Positions 30,325 through 40,283 of a stretch of DNA of 64,000 bases are shown here, piece by piece. The stretch lies in the NCBI GenBank assembly GCA_963847705.1, contig CAWKBC010000021.1, positions 32,001 through 96,000 on the forward strand. Reading direction: 5' to 3'. Position numbers and translations under genes: made by a program. The stretch comes from an uncultured Pseudomonadota bacterium (GTDB lineage: Bacteria > Myxococcota_A > Polyangia > Fen-1088). Numbering within the stretch: the first letter of the stretch is position 1; each line of letters begins with the position of its first letter. The notes below the pieces were generated by a model that was not told where the DNA came from, searched no databases, and saw nothing but the letters and a program-made list of their open reading frames with translations.

Positions 30325-30405
30325 GACCGGCGGCCGGCGACCTCTCCGCCGAATCGAAACAACGTTGTCGCGCGTTTGAAATGGAAAATGCGTACACTCC
30401 CGCCC

Positions 30406-31101
30406 ATGAGCACGATTCATTTCATTGGTGGAGAGAAGGGCGGCGTCGGAAAATCCGTCGTCGCACGGCTGTGCGTTCAGTACTGCATCGATCGGGCGCT
30501 GCCGTTCGTGGCGGCCGACGCGGACGGTTCGCACGGGGCGCTGATTCGCTTCTATGCCGACTACGCGAAGCCGGTCGACCTGACCGATCCCACCGGCGCC
30601 GATCAGATCCTGGCCTTCGCCACCGAGGCCGATCGCCGTGTGGTCGTCGATCTGCCGGCGCAGAGCGACCGGCTCATCGGGGCCTGGATCGACGAGGCGG
30701 GCATCCTCGAGCTGGCGGCCGAGAGCAACGTGAAGGTCGTCTTCTGGCACGTGATCGACGATGGCAAGGATTCGCTGGTCACGCTGGGGCGTCTGCTGAC
30801 GCGCTACGGGCACCGGGCCAAGTACTGCGTCGTGAAAAACGGTGGACGGGCGAGCAGCTTCCCGCTCTACGACGAGTCGCCGGTGCGCGCGCAGGCCGAG
30901 CAGCTCGGCGCGGCGGTCTTCGAGCTCCCCGAGCTCAACGCGGCGGCCATGCAGAAGATCGATCGTTGGGACGCCAGCTTCTGGTCGGCGATTCACGCCA
31001 CGGTCTCGCCCGAGACTTTTTCGCGAATCGAAAAGCAGCGGGTGAAGGTCTGGTTGCAGAGCACGTACAATCAGATCGCCAAGCTCGGCGAGCTGTTTTA
31101 G
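30406..31101 (+). CDS. MinD/ParA-superfamily P-loop NTPase
   Basis: Deviant Walker A GGEKGGVGKS, DAD, VVVDLPAQ; TACACT 7 nt upstream of the ATG. Confidence 0.82.
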   Translation: MSTIHFIGGEKGGVGKSVVARLCVQYCIDRALPFVAADADGSHGALIRFYADYAKPVDLTDPTGADQILAFATEADRRVVVDLPAQSDRLIGAWIDEAGILELAAESNVKVVFWHVIDDGKDSLVTLGRLLTRYGHRAKYCVVKNGGRASSFPLYDESPVRAQAEQLGAAVFELPELNAAAMQKIDRWDASFWSAIHATVSPETFSRIEKQRVKVWLQSTYNQIAKLGELF

Positions 31102-31262
31102 CGTCTGCGCGCAACGGCGCTTGAGCGGCTGCCCGCTCAGCGGCCAAGCCTCTGCGCGCTTCAGCGGCCGAGCGTCTCGCGCCTCGGCGGCTGAGCGCCC
31201 GAGCCTGAGGTGCGCGCACAACGCACACGTCCGAGGTGCGGTCGCGGACCGTACCTGAGGAC

Positions 31263-32705
31263 ATGTCACGCCCGAAATTGAAGCACAGCAATGTCCTCTC
31301 TCTTTCTCTGGCCACGCTGCTCCCGCTCGCTGCGTCTTTGACGATGAGCTGCGCCGGAGGCGCGGGGTCGGGCGGCTCGCAGCTCGACGGCGGTTCCGAC
31401 GTCCCGGTTGACCCGCGAAATGGGGCTGCGACGGGCGGCTCGGCCGGGAGCTCGAGCAAGTCGAACACCACCGCCACGGGTGGCGCGACCGGGACCCCGA
31501 CCACGCCAATCTCATCGACCGGGGGCGCTTCCGGTGGATCGCCGGCAGCCGGGCAAGGGGGGAGCGCCGGCTCGGAGACTGCGACGCCGCCGCCGGCCGC
31601 GACACCGCCGGCCACGACACCGCCGGCCACGACACCGCCAGACACGACATCGCCGGCCACGCCGCCGCCAGACACGACACCGCCGACAATCACTTCGCCC
31701 CCGGCGACCAGCGGGACCGGCGGCACGACCACGCCGCCGACGACCACGCCGCCGACGAGCACGCCCCCGACGAGCACGCCCCCTCCAGTGACGGGCGGGA
31801 CCGGTGGCACGACCGCCGTGACCACGCCGCCGTCGGGAGGTCAGACCAAGTACGTCTTCGTCGTGGCGATGGAGAACGAGGCGGCGAAGTCGGTCTACGG
31901 CAGCAGCGACGCGCCTTACCTCAACGGTCTCATCGCGAAGTATGCGCACGCGACGGCGTTCAACGATCCGTTGCCCGACCCCATCCCCAGCGAGCCGCAC
32001 TACGTCTGGATGGAGGCAGGGACCAACCAGTTCTCCGACACCACCTTCACCACCGACGACGATCCGTCGGCCAGCAACAGCACCAAGTCGACCGCGCATC
32101 TGGTGACGCAGATGGGGGCCGCGTCGCCGGCGATCAGCTGGATGAGCTACCCGGAAGGGCTCGACAGCGGGACGGGCGCCTGCCCCGTTCACTCCTCGGG
32201 CCTCTACGCCGCCAAGCACGATCCGTTCGTCTTCTTCCAGGACACGGCCGGGAGTCCCCCCTCTGCGACCAACGCCCTCTGCGCCGCGCACCATCAGGCG
32301 TACAGCACGGCCGCCTTCGGTCAGGCGCTGGCCCAGGGCTCCGTCGCTCAGTACAACTTCATCGTCCCGAACGTCTGCGACGATATGCACGGCGACCCGA
32401 GCTGCCCCTCGTCCGACGTGATCGCCGCGGGCGACGCCTGGCTGTCGGCGAACCTCCCGCCGATCATCAACTTCGTGAACGCGCACAACGGCGTCCTGTT
32501 CATCATGTGGGACGAGCCGGAAGGGGGAGGCTCGCAGATGCCGTTCGTGGCGATCGGCCCCCAGATCAAGAGTGGGTACACCGGCCAGGTCAGCTACACC
32601 CACAGCTCATTCACCAAGTCGGTCGAGGAGATCTTCGGACTGCCGATCCTGCCGACCGTGGCCGGCGCCAACGACCTCGGGGATCTGTTCCAGACCTTCC
32701 CGTAG
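31263..32705 (+). CDS. Phosphoesterase (acid phosphatase / phospholipase C-like) lipoprotein with long Pro/Thr linker
   Basis: Lipobox TMSC; VFVVAMENE, PSEPHY, KHDPF, PNVCDDMH, WDE, YTHSS motifs. Confidence 0.88.
   Translation: MSRPKLKHSNVLSLSLATLLPLAASLTMSCAGGAGSGGSQLDGGSDVPVDPRNGAATGGSAGSSSKSNTTATGGATGTPTTPISSTGGASGGSPAAGQGGSAGSETATPPPAATPPATTPPATTPPDTTSPATPPPDTTPPTITSPPATSGTGGTTTPPTTTPPTSTPPTSTPPPVTGGTGGTTAVTTPPSGGQTKYVFVVAMENEAAKSVYGSSDAPYLNGLIAKYAHATAFNDPLPDPIPSEPHYVWMEAGTNQFSDTTFTTDDDPSASNSTKSTAHLVTQMGAASPAISWMSYPEGLDSGTGACPVHSSGLYAAKHDPFVFFQDTAGSPPSATNALCAAHHQAYSTAAFGQALAQGSVAQYNFIVPNVCDDMHGDPSCPSSDVIAAGDAWLSANLPPIINFVNAHNGVLFIMWDEPEGGGSQMPFVAIGPQIKSGYTGQVSYTHSSFTKSVEEIFGLPILPTVAGANDLGDLFQTFP
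31580..31790 (+). repeat. Coding 15-bp repeats (TTPPA/TTPPD/STPPT linker)
   Basis: Repeated GACACCGCCGGCCAC-like units in frame within the phosphoesterase gene. Confidence 0.7.
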
Positions 32706-32797
32706 GCCGGTCCGGGGCGCCTTCGGGCGCCCCGGTGCTGGGCATGGTTTCGCCGCGCTCACCCGCTGACCCTCGCCTGAGGGCGACACCTTCCTAG
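32702..32797. repeat. Divergent copy C of the CTAG-bounded repeat
   Basis: Shares GGGCATGGTT..CGCTCACC and a second hairpin; first hairpin CCGGGGCGCC-TTCG-GGCGCCCCGG; both ends overlap TAG stops of convergent genes. Confidence 0.75.
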
Positions 32798-34269
32798 CAG
32801 CCGTCGTCGACGAAGCCGTTGCAGTCGTCGTCGATGCCGTTGCCGCAGATCTCCTTGGCGCCCGGGTGCACGTTGGGATTGCTGTCGTTGCAGTCGTCGC
32901 ACCAGTTGTAGCCGTCACCGTCCGCGTCGGTGGCGGCGCCCGGGACGCCGTGCTCGCAGTCGACGAAGGTCTGCAGATAGGCGGGTCGCTTGGCGACGAT
33001 GTCGCGGGCTGTCTGCGTGGCCTGCTGGGTCTCGGCCGGGGTGGCCCAGGCGTGCGGATCGCTGGCCGCCGAGGAGGCGATCTGTTGCGACCAGGTGTCG
33101 ATCCATCCCTGGATTTGCGCCACGTTCCACTTGGGGAGCAGCGCTTCGATGGCGTCGGCGTAGTGGACGCGCTGGGCGGCGTCGCCGAGAACGATCAGCC
33201 ACTTGTCGCCCGGCGTGGGTGCCGGCTGCGCGCGGCTCGACCACCAGTAGACCGGGTGATCGGTGGCGCCCGGAAGGTCGAAGGTCGCCAGCCAGTCCAG
33301 GTCGGAATCGGTGTCCTGCGGAAGGAACACGAACCCCGCCGGCCCCTGGTCGTAGAGGTAGAAGTTGTGGTCACCGCCGTAGTAGCCGTCCGAGTCGTTG
33401 AGCAGCGCTTCGGCTCCCCAGGAGGTGAGGGAGCCCGGCACGTCGACGATCGCGGTCAGTGAGGCGAGATCCGTGGCGTTCTTGAACTGTGTGAGGCGGG
33501 CGTTGTTGGGGCTGGCAGTGTTGGTCTCCGCCTGCACCGCCCCTTTCCAGAGATCGCCGCCCGGGTTGGCGGGAAAGAACGCGCGCACCGTGCCACTCCC
33601 CACACCCTGCTCGAGGACGTAGAGGCCGTAGTAGCTGCCGTTGATGTCGAGGCGCGCGCTGGCCGAGCAGGGGGCCATGATTCCGGTCTGCCGGAGCCAG
33701 GCCTGCGAGATCCGATCGTGCATGAACGTCCAGTCGTCGCGCGGCATGTCGAAGACCAGCTTGCTGACGCCGTGGAACGAGCCCATCGGGTCGACCTGGT
33801 CGAACGACACGTCGAACTGCATCTTGGCCCGGTCGCCGTCGAGCATGACGGTCTGATCCCAGGACGACTGGCCGTGCAGCTTGATCGCGGCGTTCGTCAC
33901 CGTCTCGCCGTTGAGGTGAAAGGTGATGGGGTGATAGACGGCGAAGTCGTCGCCGCTCTCGAGGGCGGTCAGGTTGTGGAACTCGACGTTGAGTGCGGCC
34001 ATCTGATCGGCGCTGATGTCGAAGGAGTAGGTCTGCAGGCTCCCCTCGTCGAAGATGTCGGCGCAGGCGAGCGGATTCGCGGCGCCCCCATCCCCGCCGC
34101 CGCCTCCGGTGACGGCGACGCTGGAGGTGCCGGCGTCGGCCTGTTGTGAGCCGGCGCCGCCCGCGCCCGTCGGCACGAGACCTCCCACACTGGATGTCGA
34201 GCCGCCACAGCTGAAGCAGACGACCGCCCACAAAGGCAGGATCCCCCAAATGAAACGATTGAATTGCAT
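32794..34269 (-). CDS. CotH-family kinase lipoprotein with C-terminal Cys/Asp-rich metal-binding motif
   Basis: INGSYYGLYVLEQ, DSDGY...HNFYLY, LPQDTD; tail DADGDGY..DCNDSNPNVHPGAKEICGNGIDDDC. Confidence 0.85.
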   Translation of the reverse strand: MQFNRFIWGILPLWAVVCFSCGGSTSSVGGLVPTGAGGAGSQQADAGTSSVAVTGGGGGDGGAANPLACADIFDEGSLQTYSFDISADQMAALNVEFHNLTALESGDDFAVYHPITFHLNGETVTNAAIKLHGQSSWDQTVMLDGDRAKMQFDVSFDQVDPMGSFHGVSKLVFDMPRDDWTFMHDRISQAWLRQTGIMAPCSASARLDINGSYYGLYVLEQGVGSGTVRAFFPANPGGDLWKGAVQAETNTASPNNARLTQFKNATDLASLTAIVDVPGSLTSWGAEALLNDSDGYYGGDHNFYLYDQGPAGFVFLPQDTDSDLDWLATFDLPGATDHPVYWWSSRAQPAPTPGDKWLIVLGDAAQRVHYADAIEALLPKWNVAQIQGWIDTWSQQIASSAASDPHAWATPAETQQATQTARDIVAKRPAYLQTFVDCEHGVPGAATDADGDGYNWCDDCNDSNPNVHPGAKEICGNGIDDDCNGFVDDGC

Positions 34270-34605
34270 TTGTCCCCTCGACCGTTCGAAGAGAGCAAGC
34301 GCGGTGCCGGAACAGGACAGCGTTTCGGCGCCACCAGATCCAAGAACCGTTACGTCGCATCCGGCGCTCGCCACACCTCGGTGGCGCTCCGTAGGAAAAG
34401 CATCGGCGGTCGCCAGCAGGGTCGGGAACCGCGCGCTCTCGGCGGCATCCGACGAGCGACGTCAAACCAAAGAGTTCAATGAGTTAAGACGATGTCGCAC
34501 CAATGATTGGCTATCGCGTCATTCGTCAACGTGAAGTTACATACAGTTTTCATGAATGTGTTCGAGTGTAGATAAATGTCGGTGTATGGTGCTGTACAAA
34601 CACAC

Positions 34606-35016
34606 ATGACTACATCGCGCACATCACAGCAGATCATCGTAGGGGCTTTGGGGTTGGCGTTGGGGTTGGGGGGATGCGCTGCGAGCCAGACGACGGCGCG
34701 CGCAGAAGCCGCTGATCTCCGTGGGACGACGCGCGTGTCGACGCCGGCGCCGACGTTTCTGGTGGCGGGCCCGGTGGAGCTTCTTCACGTCAACGTCGAC
34801 AAGGAGGCGGGCGCTCGGTTCATCCGCGTTCCCAGCCACGAAGGGGTGATGCCCGATTGCGGGAGCGGCGCGCCGCTCGCGTGGAACGGCGAATCCGATC
34901 TTTTCATCCAGTCGGGCGAGTCGGTCTGCGTGACGGTCGTTCGCGACGCGCGCGTCTCCTGGCACGCCCGCCAGATGCCGGCGCAGGTCGGCTTCCAGAA
35001 CGCCAGCCTCAGATAG
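34606..35016 (+). CDS. Hypothetical lipoprotein
   Basis: Lipobox LGGC; one Cys pair; follows an AT-rich intergenic region. Confidence 0.7.
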   Translation: MTTSRTSQQIIVGALGLALGLGGCAASQTTARAEAADLRGTTRVSTPAPTFLVAGPVELLHVNVDKEAGARFIRVPSHEGVMPDCGSGAPLAWNGESDLFIQSGESVCVTVVRDARVSWHARQMPAQVGFQNASLR

Positions 35017-35079
35017 TCTCCCGTCGGTTTCTGGCGCGATCCGCTTCCAACCGGGAGAGAGCGGGCTTACCGTCCTGGC

Positions 35080-36726
35080 ATGCCCGTTTCGCCGCTCGCT
35101 GGAAAACCTGCGCCTGCTGACCTGCTGATCGATCCCGACCACCTTGTCGCGGCCTACTACGACCGCCGTCCCGATCCCGCGAACCCGCGCGAGCAGGTCG
35201 CCTTCGGGACCAGCGGCCACCGCGGCGCGCCCGAGGACGGCGCGTTCAACGAACAACACATCCTGACGATCACGCAGGCGATCTGCGAGCACCGCGCGCG
35301 CGTCGGGATCACCGGGCCGCTCTTTCTCGGCGCCGACACGCACGCGGCCTCGGCGCCGGCGTTGAAGACCGCGCTGGAGGTGCTGGCGGCGGCGGGCGTC
35401 GAGACGCGCGTCTCGCGCGAGGGGGACTACACCCCGACGCCGGCGCTGTCGCGCGCGATCCTCAGCCACAACGATGGGCGCAAGGACGGCCTCGCCGACG
35501 GCATCATCATCACGCCGTCGCACAACCCGCCGCGCGACGGCGGCTTCAAGTACAACCCGCCCCACGGCGGCCCGGCCGACACCGACGTCACCGACGGGAT
35601 TCAGGCGCGGGCCAACGAGCTCTTGCGCGCGCGCGCCGAGGTTCGCCGCCTGCGCTACCCGGCCGCACGCCAGGCCTCGACCACCCGCGAGCACGATTTT
35701 CTCACGCCCTACGTGGAGGATCTGGCCGGCGTGATCGACGTGGAGGCGATCGCCCACGCCAAGGTCAAGATCGGCGCCGATCCGATGGGGGGGGCCAGCG
35801 TGCAGTACTGGCCGCGCATCGCCGAGCGCTATCGGCTCGACCTGACCGTCGTCAACAAAACGGTCGATCCGCGCTTCGCGTTCATGCCGCTCGATCACGA
35901 CGGCAAGATCCGGATGGATTGCTCGAGCCCCTACGCGATGGCGAACCTGATTCATCTCAAGGACAGGTTCGCGGTCGCCTTCGGCAACGACACCGACGCC
36001 GATCGCCACGGCATCGTCACCCCGACCGGGCTCATGAATCCCAACCACTACCTGGCGGTGGCGATCGGGTACCTGTTCGCCCACCGCCCGGGATGGCCAG
36101 CGAAGGCGGCCATCGGCAAGACGCTGGTGTCGAGCACGCTCATCGATCGGGTGGCCACCAGCCTCGGACGCAAGCTGCTCGAGGTGCCGGTGGGGTTCAA
36201 GTGGTTCGTCGACGGGCTGCTCGACGGCAGCATCGGCTTCGGCGGCGAGGAGAGCGCCGGCGCCAGCTTCCTGCGCCGCGACGGCCGCGTCCATACGACG
36301 GACAAGGATGGCCTGATTCTGGATCTGCTGGCCGCCGAGATCACCGCGGTCACCGGCCGCCATCCCGGCCTGCACTACGAAGACCTGCGCGCGAAGTTCG
36401 GGACGCCGTACTACACCCGCGTCGACGCGCCGGCGTCGCCCGCCGAGAAGGAGGCGTTGAAGAAGCTCGATCCGGCCGCCGTGAAGGCCGCCACGCTGGC
36501 CGGCGATCCGATCGTCGCCAAGCTGACCCGCGCGCCCGGCAACGGCGCCTCGATCGGCGGCCTCAAGGTCGCCAGCGCCGACGGCTGGTTCGCCGCCCGC
36601 CCGTCCGGGACGGAGAACATCTACAAGATCTACGCCGAGAGTCTGAAGAGCGCCGACCACCTGGCGGCGATCCTCGAGGAGGCCCGGGCGATCGTCAGCG
36701 CGGCGCTGGCCGCCGCCGGGGCGTAG
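35080..36726 (+). CDS. pgm: Phosphoglucomutase
   Basis: [15 protein letters not shown] (phospho-Ser), DTDADR, GEESAG, RPSGTE. Confidence 0.97.
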   Translation: MPVSPLAGKPAPADLLIDPDHLVAAYYDRRPDPANPREQVAFGTSGHRGAPEDGAFNEQHILTITQAICEHRARVGITGPLFLGADTHAASAPALKTALEVLAAAGVETRVSREGDYTPTPALSRAILSHNDGRKDGLADGIIITPSHNPPRDGGFKYNPPHGGPADTDVTDGIQARANELLRARAEVRRLRYPAARQASTTREHDFLTPYVEDLAGVIDVEAIAHAKVKIGADPMGGASVQYWPRIAERYRLDLTVVNKTVDPRFAFMPLDHDGKIRMDCSSPYAMANLIHLKDRFAVAFGNDTDADRHGIVTPTGLMNPNHYLAVAIGYLFAHRPGWPAKAAIGKTLVSSTLIDRVATSLGRKLLEVPVGFKWFVDGLLDGSIGFGGEESAGASFLRRDGRVHTTDKDGLILDLLAAEITAVTGRHPGLHYEDLRAKFGTPYYTRVDAPASPAEKEALKKLDPAAVKAATLAGDPIVAKLTRAPGNGASIGGLKVASADGWFAARPSGTENIYKIYAESLKSADHLAAILEEARAIVSAALAAAGA

Positions 36727-37083
36727 CGCCTCGTCGCGCCTTCGCCCTGATGGAGGACGCCGAGGGGCAGATCGCCGCCTGCGATCGCGAATACGATTTT
36801 TGCCCACGCAGCCGCGGCCTCGTCGCCGCGGCTGGCCGGCCGCTCCCGCCCCGGCCGCTGCTCCCCTGGCCAGGCCCGGCGCTCTGACCCAATTCAAGCG
36901 CTGCCTGATTGCTTTTCGGGAGGGCGTGGGCTCTTCTCGGCACCGGTCCGGAGGGTTCGGTCATGGGCACGCGGCTCGCACCATCGTCGAGAATGCGATT
37001 GGCAATTACGGTCGCCGTCGTGTTCGTGGGCTGCTTGTCGAGCTGAGACGGCCGACGCGGGCGACCGGCCGCGCGTGCGGCCC

Positions 37084-37779
37084 TCAGTCTTGCTGGGCTT
37101 CGAGCTGGAGCCCCGGCAGATCGACGATCACCAGAAATCCGCTCTCCCTGACGAGGATTCCGTCCCTCTCGAGCCGGCCGAGGTGCTTGTTGATGCTCTC
37201 GCGGGTCGCGCCCACCATCCGAGCCAGGTCCTCCTGTGACAATCGACGCACGATGCGGGTTCGAGACGGACCGAGCTCCTGTCCGTGAGCCGCCACCAGC
37301 CCGAGGAGGGACTTGGCGAGCCGCGCGGAGAGCGGCAGGCCGGCCAGGTCGTCGGCCCAGGCGGTCAGGCGGCGCAAACGTGACGCCAGCACCGGCAGGA
37401 ACGACACCGCGATTTGCGGGCGTTCCTCGACCAGGTTCATGAACGATTGTCGGTCGACAACGACGAGCTCGATGTCTGTGACCGCTGTCACGGTCGCAGA
37501 GGGAAGACCGCCGTCAAACAACGAAACCTCTCCAATGATCTCGGTCTCCCCGATTTCACGGAGGGTGAGAACCCGGCCATCTCGGCCAGCGACCGAGACG
37601 CTGGCACGTCCTTTGACGATGACGTAGAAAGCCTCCGCGGGGAAACCCTGCTGGACGATCTCCTCGCCCGAGACGCCGCGACGGAGGTACGCCAGACCGC
37701 AAAGGACGTTCAGTGTGGCGAGGTCGAGATGGCGGAAGAGCGGGATCCGTTGCAGGACTTCAATTGGGACGTCTGCCAA
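37084..37779 (-). CDS. Crp/Fnr-family transcriptional regulator
   Basis: IPLF, cNMP-domain IIGEVSLFDG..SATVTA, HTH LSQEDLARMVGATRESINK. Start TTG 37779 or ATG 37839. Confidence 0.9.
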   Translation of the reverse strand: MADVPIEVLQRIPLFRHLDLATLNVLCGLAYLRRGVSGEEIVQQGFPAEAFYVIVKGRASVSVAGRDGRVLTLREIGETEIIGEVSLFDGGLPSATVTAVTDIELVVVDRQSFMNLVEERPQIAVSFLPVLASRLRRLTAWADDLAGLPLSARLAKSLLGLVAAHGQELGPSRTRIVRRLSQEDLARMVGATRESINKHLGRLERDGILVRESGFLVIVDLPGLQLEAQQD

Positions 37780-37888
37780 GGCGCAACGATGCTCGCACGC
37801 GGGACCCACAAAAAGCGACAAGCCTGTGAACTGATTCATAGGGAGCCACCGTTGGCCCGGACTATTGCTGAGCTCCAGGGGGGCGCAA

Positions 37889-38510
37889 ATGCCGGTCGAC
37901 GGGGCGACAGATGAACGTTTTGGGGAGTTCTGCGGGTGGTTGACCAGGTCACAGCCTGATCTCAGGCGTCTGGCGGGGCGGCTCACGACGAGCGCAACGG
38001 ACGCGGCAGATTCTGGCGCAGGCCACCAGTCTCCGGGCGTTGGAGAAGCGGACATTGTTCGTGAGCGGCTCCTTCAATGAGCTCAAGAAGTGGCTGACGC
38101 GAATCATGTTCAACCTCCACTACGAGCGCCTGCGCGGGGCCGTGCGTGAGGTGCTGGCCGACTGGCTCGACGAGGTCCCGGCGGCCAGTGAGCCGCCGTT
38201 GCCGCTCTGGTTGACCGTGGCGGACGAAGAGGTCGACGCTGCGGTCGCGCAGCTCAACCCCACCCTGCGGGTGGTCTACGTGCTCTACACGGTCGACGGC
38301 TGTTCCTACGCCAACATCTCATCCCGGCTGCAGATCCCGTTGCCGACCGTCGCCACCAAGATCCATCGCGCGCGCGCCAGCCTGCGCCGGACGCTGACCG
38401 CGGGGAGGCAGGGAACGTCCCCGGCTGGCAAGTCCGACCCGGGCGCGCGGCGTCGGGCCGTTCAGCGCTCGTCGCGGGTTTCGACATCAGCGCGAGCAGT
38501 TCGCGCCTAG
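37889..38510 (+). CDS. ECF sigma-70 factor; +1 frameshift at 38009-38013
   Basis: Region 2 LRRLAGRLT..ATDAAD joins LAQATSLRALE...WLTRIMFN if one T is removed; region 4 SYANISSRLQIPLPTVATKIHRAR. Confidence 0.82.
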
Positions 38511-38633
38511 GCCGCCTGAGGCCGCCTACCGGGCGGCACGTCGTCGGGCATGGTTCGCTTCGCTCACCGTCGCCTTTCGGCGACGCCCTCCTAGGCCGCC
38601 TGGCCGACGTTCGGCGCTCGCCCGGGCGGCGGG
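38507..38633. repeat. Copy D of the CTAG-bounded repeat plus a partial following unit
   Basis: Left CTAG is the sigma-factor stop; unit ends at CTAG 38591-38594; followed by a GCCGCC...GGCGGC hairpin variant. Confidence 0.9.
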
Positions 38634-40148
38634 CTACGGCGCTTCGAGATCGCGCAGGAGCCCCGTCATCATCTGCAGCGAGAGCACCGTCCAGGACTCC
38701 TGGTAGTAGGTGCTGCCTGCCAGGTCCGTCAGCGTGGCCACGCTGGCGTAGGCGTCGTCGCGCAGCTTCACGTAGGTCGTTCCGGTCGCCATCGCGCCCA
38801 CGCCCGCGGGCCCCACGAACGAAGCGGCGCGCGGCCCACCCGCCGTCACGAACTGCGGGTGCGGCGTGCCGTTGAGGTCGTAGCCGTCGACCATGTTGGC
38901 GACGCCGACGGACGCATAAAAGCCGGTGATCTTCTGGAGGTAGCTGAGCGCGCGCGGCTCCGCGTTCCAGCAGTAGTCCTCGCCCAGCCGGAACGGCGTC
39001 CGGCAGGAATCGAGCTGGTGGTAGAGCGGCATGCTGGTCCCGGGCGGCGTCATCGGCACGCCGGCCGGCGTCGACCAGGCGGGGACCAGGCCGTTCTGGC
39101 TGTTGCCGTTCTGCGTGTTCAGCGTGGCCGAGATGACCGTGTAGCATTCGTCGATCACCTTCTTCCAGTTGGCCACGGCGTTGGTCGCCTGCCCGAACTC
39201 GCGGTAATAAGCCGGCGCGAAGTAGGAGATGTTGATGACCGACCCGTCGGACTGGTCGCCCGAGGTCAGCACGTAAGCGTGGTTGGGGTCGACCTCGTAC
39301 TGCCAGATGAGCCCGATCTGGGTCTTCGCGGCGGCGAGATAGCTGGTCGAGAGGCTCCCCTGACCGCCCCAGCGCTTGTCGGCCATGAGCAGCGCGAAGG
39401 CCATGTCCTCGTCGCCGTCGGTCGCCGCGCCGGTGCCGAGGACCGTATTTCCGTCGGAGCTGATGTACCAGTTCATGAGGCCGTGGTTGTCCGGGAACAG
39501 CTGCTCGTACTTCCAGAGACCGTCGAAGGTCTCCTGGTCGTTGGCGTAGACCGCCAGCAACATCCCGTACCCGATCCCCTCCGAGTTGCTCGAGTCGACC
39601 TGGGCCCCCGACGAGTTCGGCCGGATCACCCGCAGGAACCCCCGCGCACCGTCGCTGACGACCAGGTCCGACTTCCATTTGTCGTAGGCGTTCGTGGCGT
39701 CGGCGACGCTGGCGCCGGTGGGCGCGGCGCACTGGCCGGTGCCCGGGATCGTGAGGGGCGCGCCGCCGCCCGAGCCCGAGCCGGCCGCGCCCCCGGCTCC
39801 ACCCCCCACCCCCGTGTTGCCGGCGCCCCCCGTCCCCGTGCTGCCGGCACCGGCCGTCCCGGTGCCGCCGCCGCTGCCTCCCGTCGAGATGCGACCGCCG
39901 GCGCCCAGGCCACCCGAACCGCCATTGACGATGCCGCCGCTTCCGGTCGCTCCGCCCGTCGCGCCCAGGGCGCCGCCGGAACCGCTGCCGCCTGTGCTCC
40001 CCCCGCCGCCAGAGCTCCCTCCCTCCCCGGTGCCGCCGGTGTTCCCGTTGCTCCGTCCGGGCGCTGAGCAGGCCGCCGCGCCGAGCGCAGCCGCGAGCAG
40101 ACACACCAGACCCTCGGCTCTACGGAAGCGTGGCGGCGGGATGGACAT
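38634..40148 (-). CDS. Glycoside hydrolase family 8 (endoglucanase-like) lipoprotein
   Basis: Lipobox AAAC, Gly-rich linker, catalytic SEGIGYGML and ATDGDED, SYFAPAYY, GLVPAW, DSCRTP. Confidence 0.92.
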   Translation of the reverse strand: MSIPPPRFRRAEGLVCLLAAALGAAACSAPGRSNGNTGGTGEGGSSGGGGSTGGSGSGGALGATGGATGSGGIVNGGSGGLGAGGRISTGGSGGGTGTAGAGSTGTGGAGNTGVGGGAGGAAGSGSGGGAPLTIPGTGQCAAPTGASVADATNAYDKWKSDLVVSDGARGFLRVIRPNSSGAQVDSSNSEGIGYGMLLAVYANDQETFDGLWKYEQLFPDNHGLMNWYISSDGNTVLGTGAATDGDEDMAFALLMADKRWGGQGSLSTSYLAAAKTQIGLIWQYEVDPNHAYVLTSGDQSDGSVINISYFAPAYYREFGQATNAVANWKKVIDECYTVISATLNTQNGNSQNGLVPAWSTPAGVPMTPPGTSMPLYHQLDSCRTPFRLGEDYCWNAEPRALSYLQKITGFYASVGVANMVDGYDLNGTPHPQFVTAGGPRAASFVGPAGVGAMATGTTYVKLRDDAYASVATLTDLAGSTYYQESWTVLSLQMMTGLLRDLEAP

Positions 40149-40283
40149 GGACTTCACTCCTCGCGTGCGCGGCTCAGCAGCCCCACCGACGCCTCCGGAC
40201 CTGGCCGACACTATACGCCGGCGACGGCGTCTGGGATGCGTGGTTAAATTCCGGAACTCGCGCGACGCCGACCCGGGCCCCGT

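Noticed and set aside
30406-31101. Plasmid or ICE partition/mobilisation module
   Set aside because: No relaxase, parB, integrase, T4SS genes or att sites are visible nearby.
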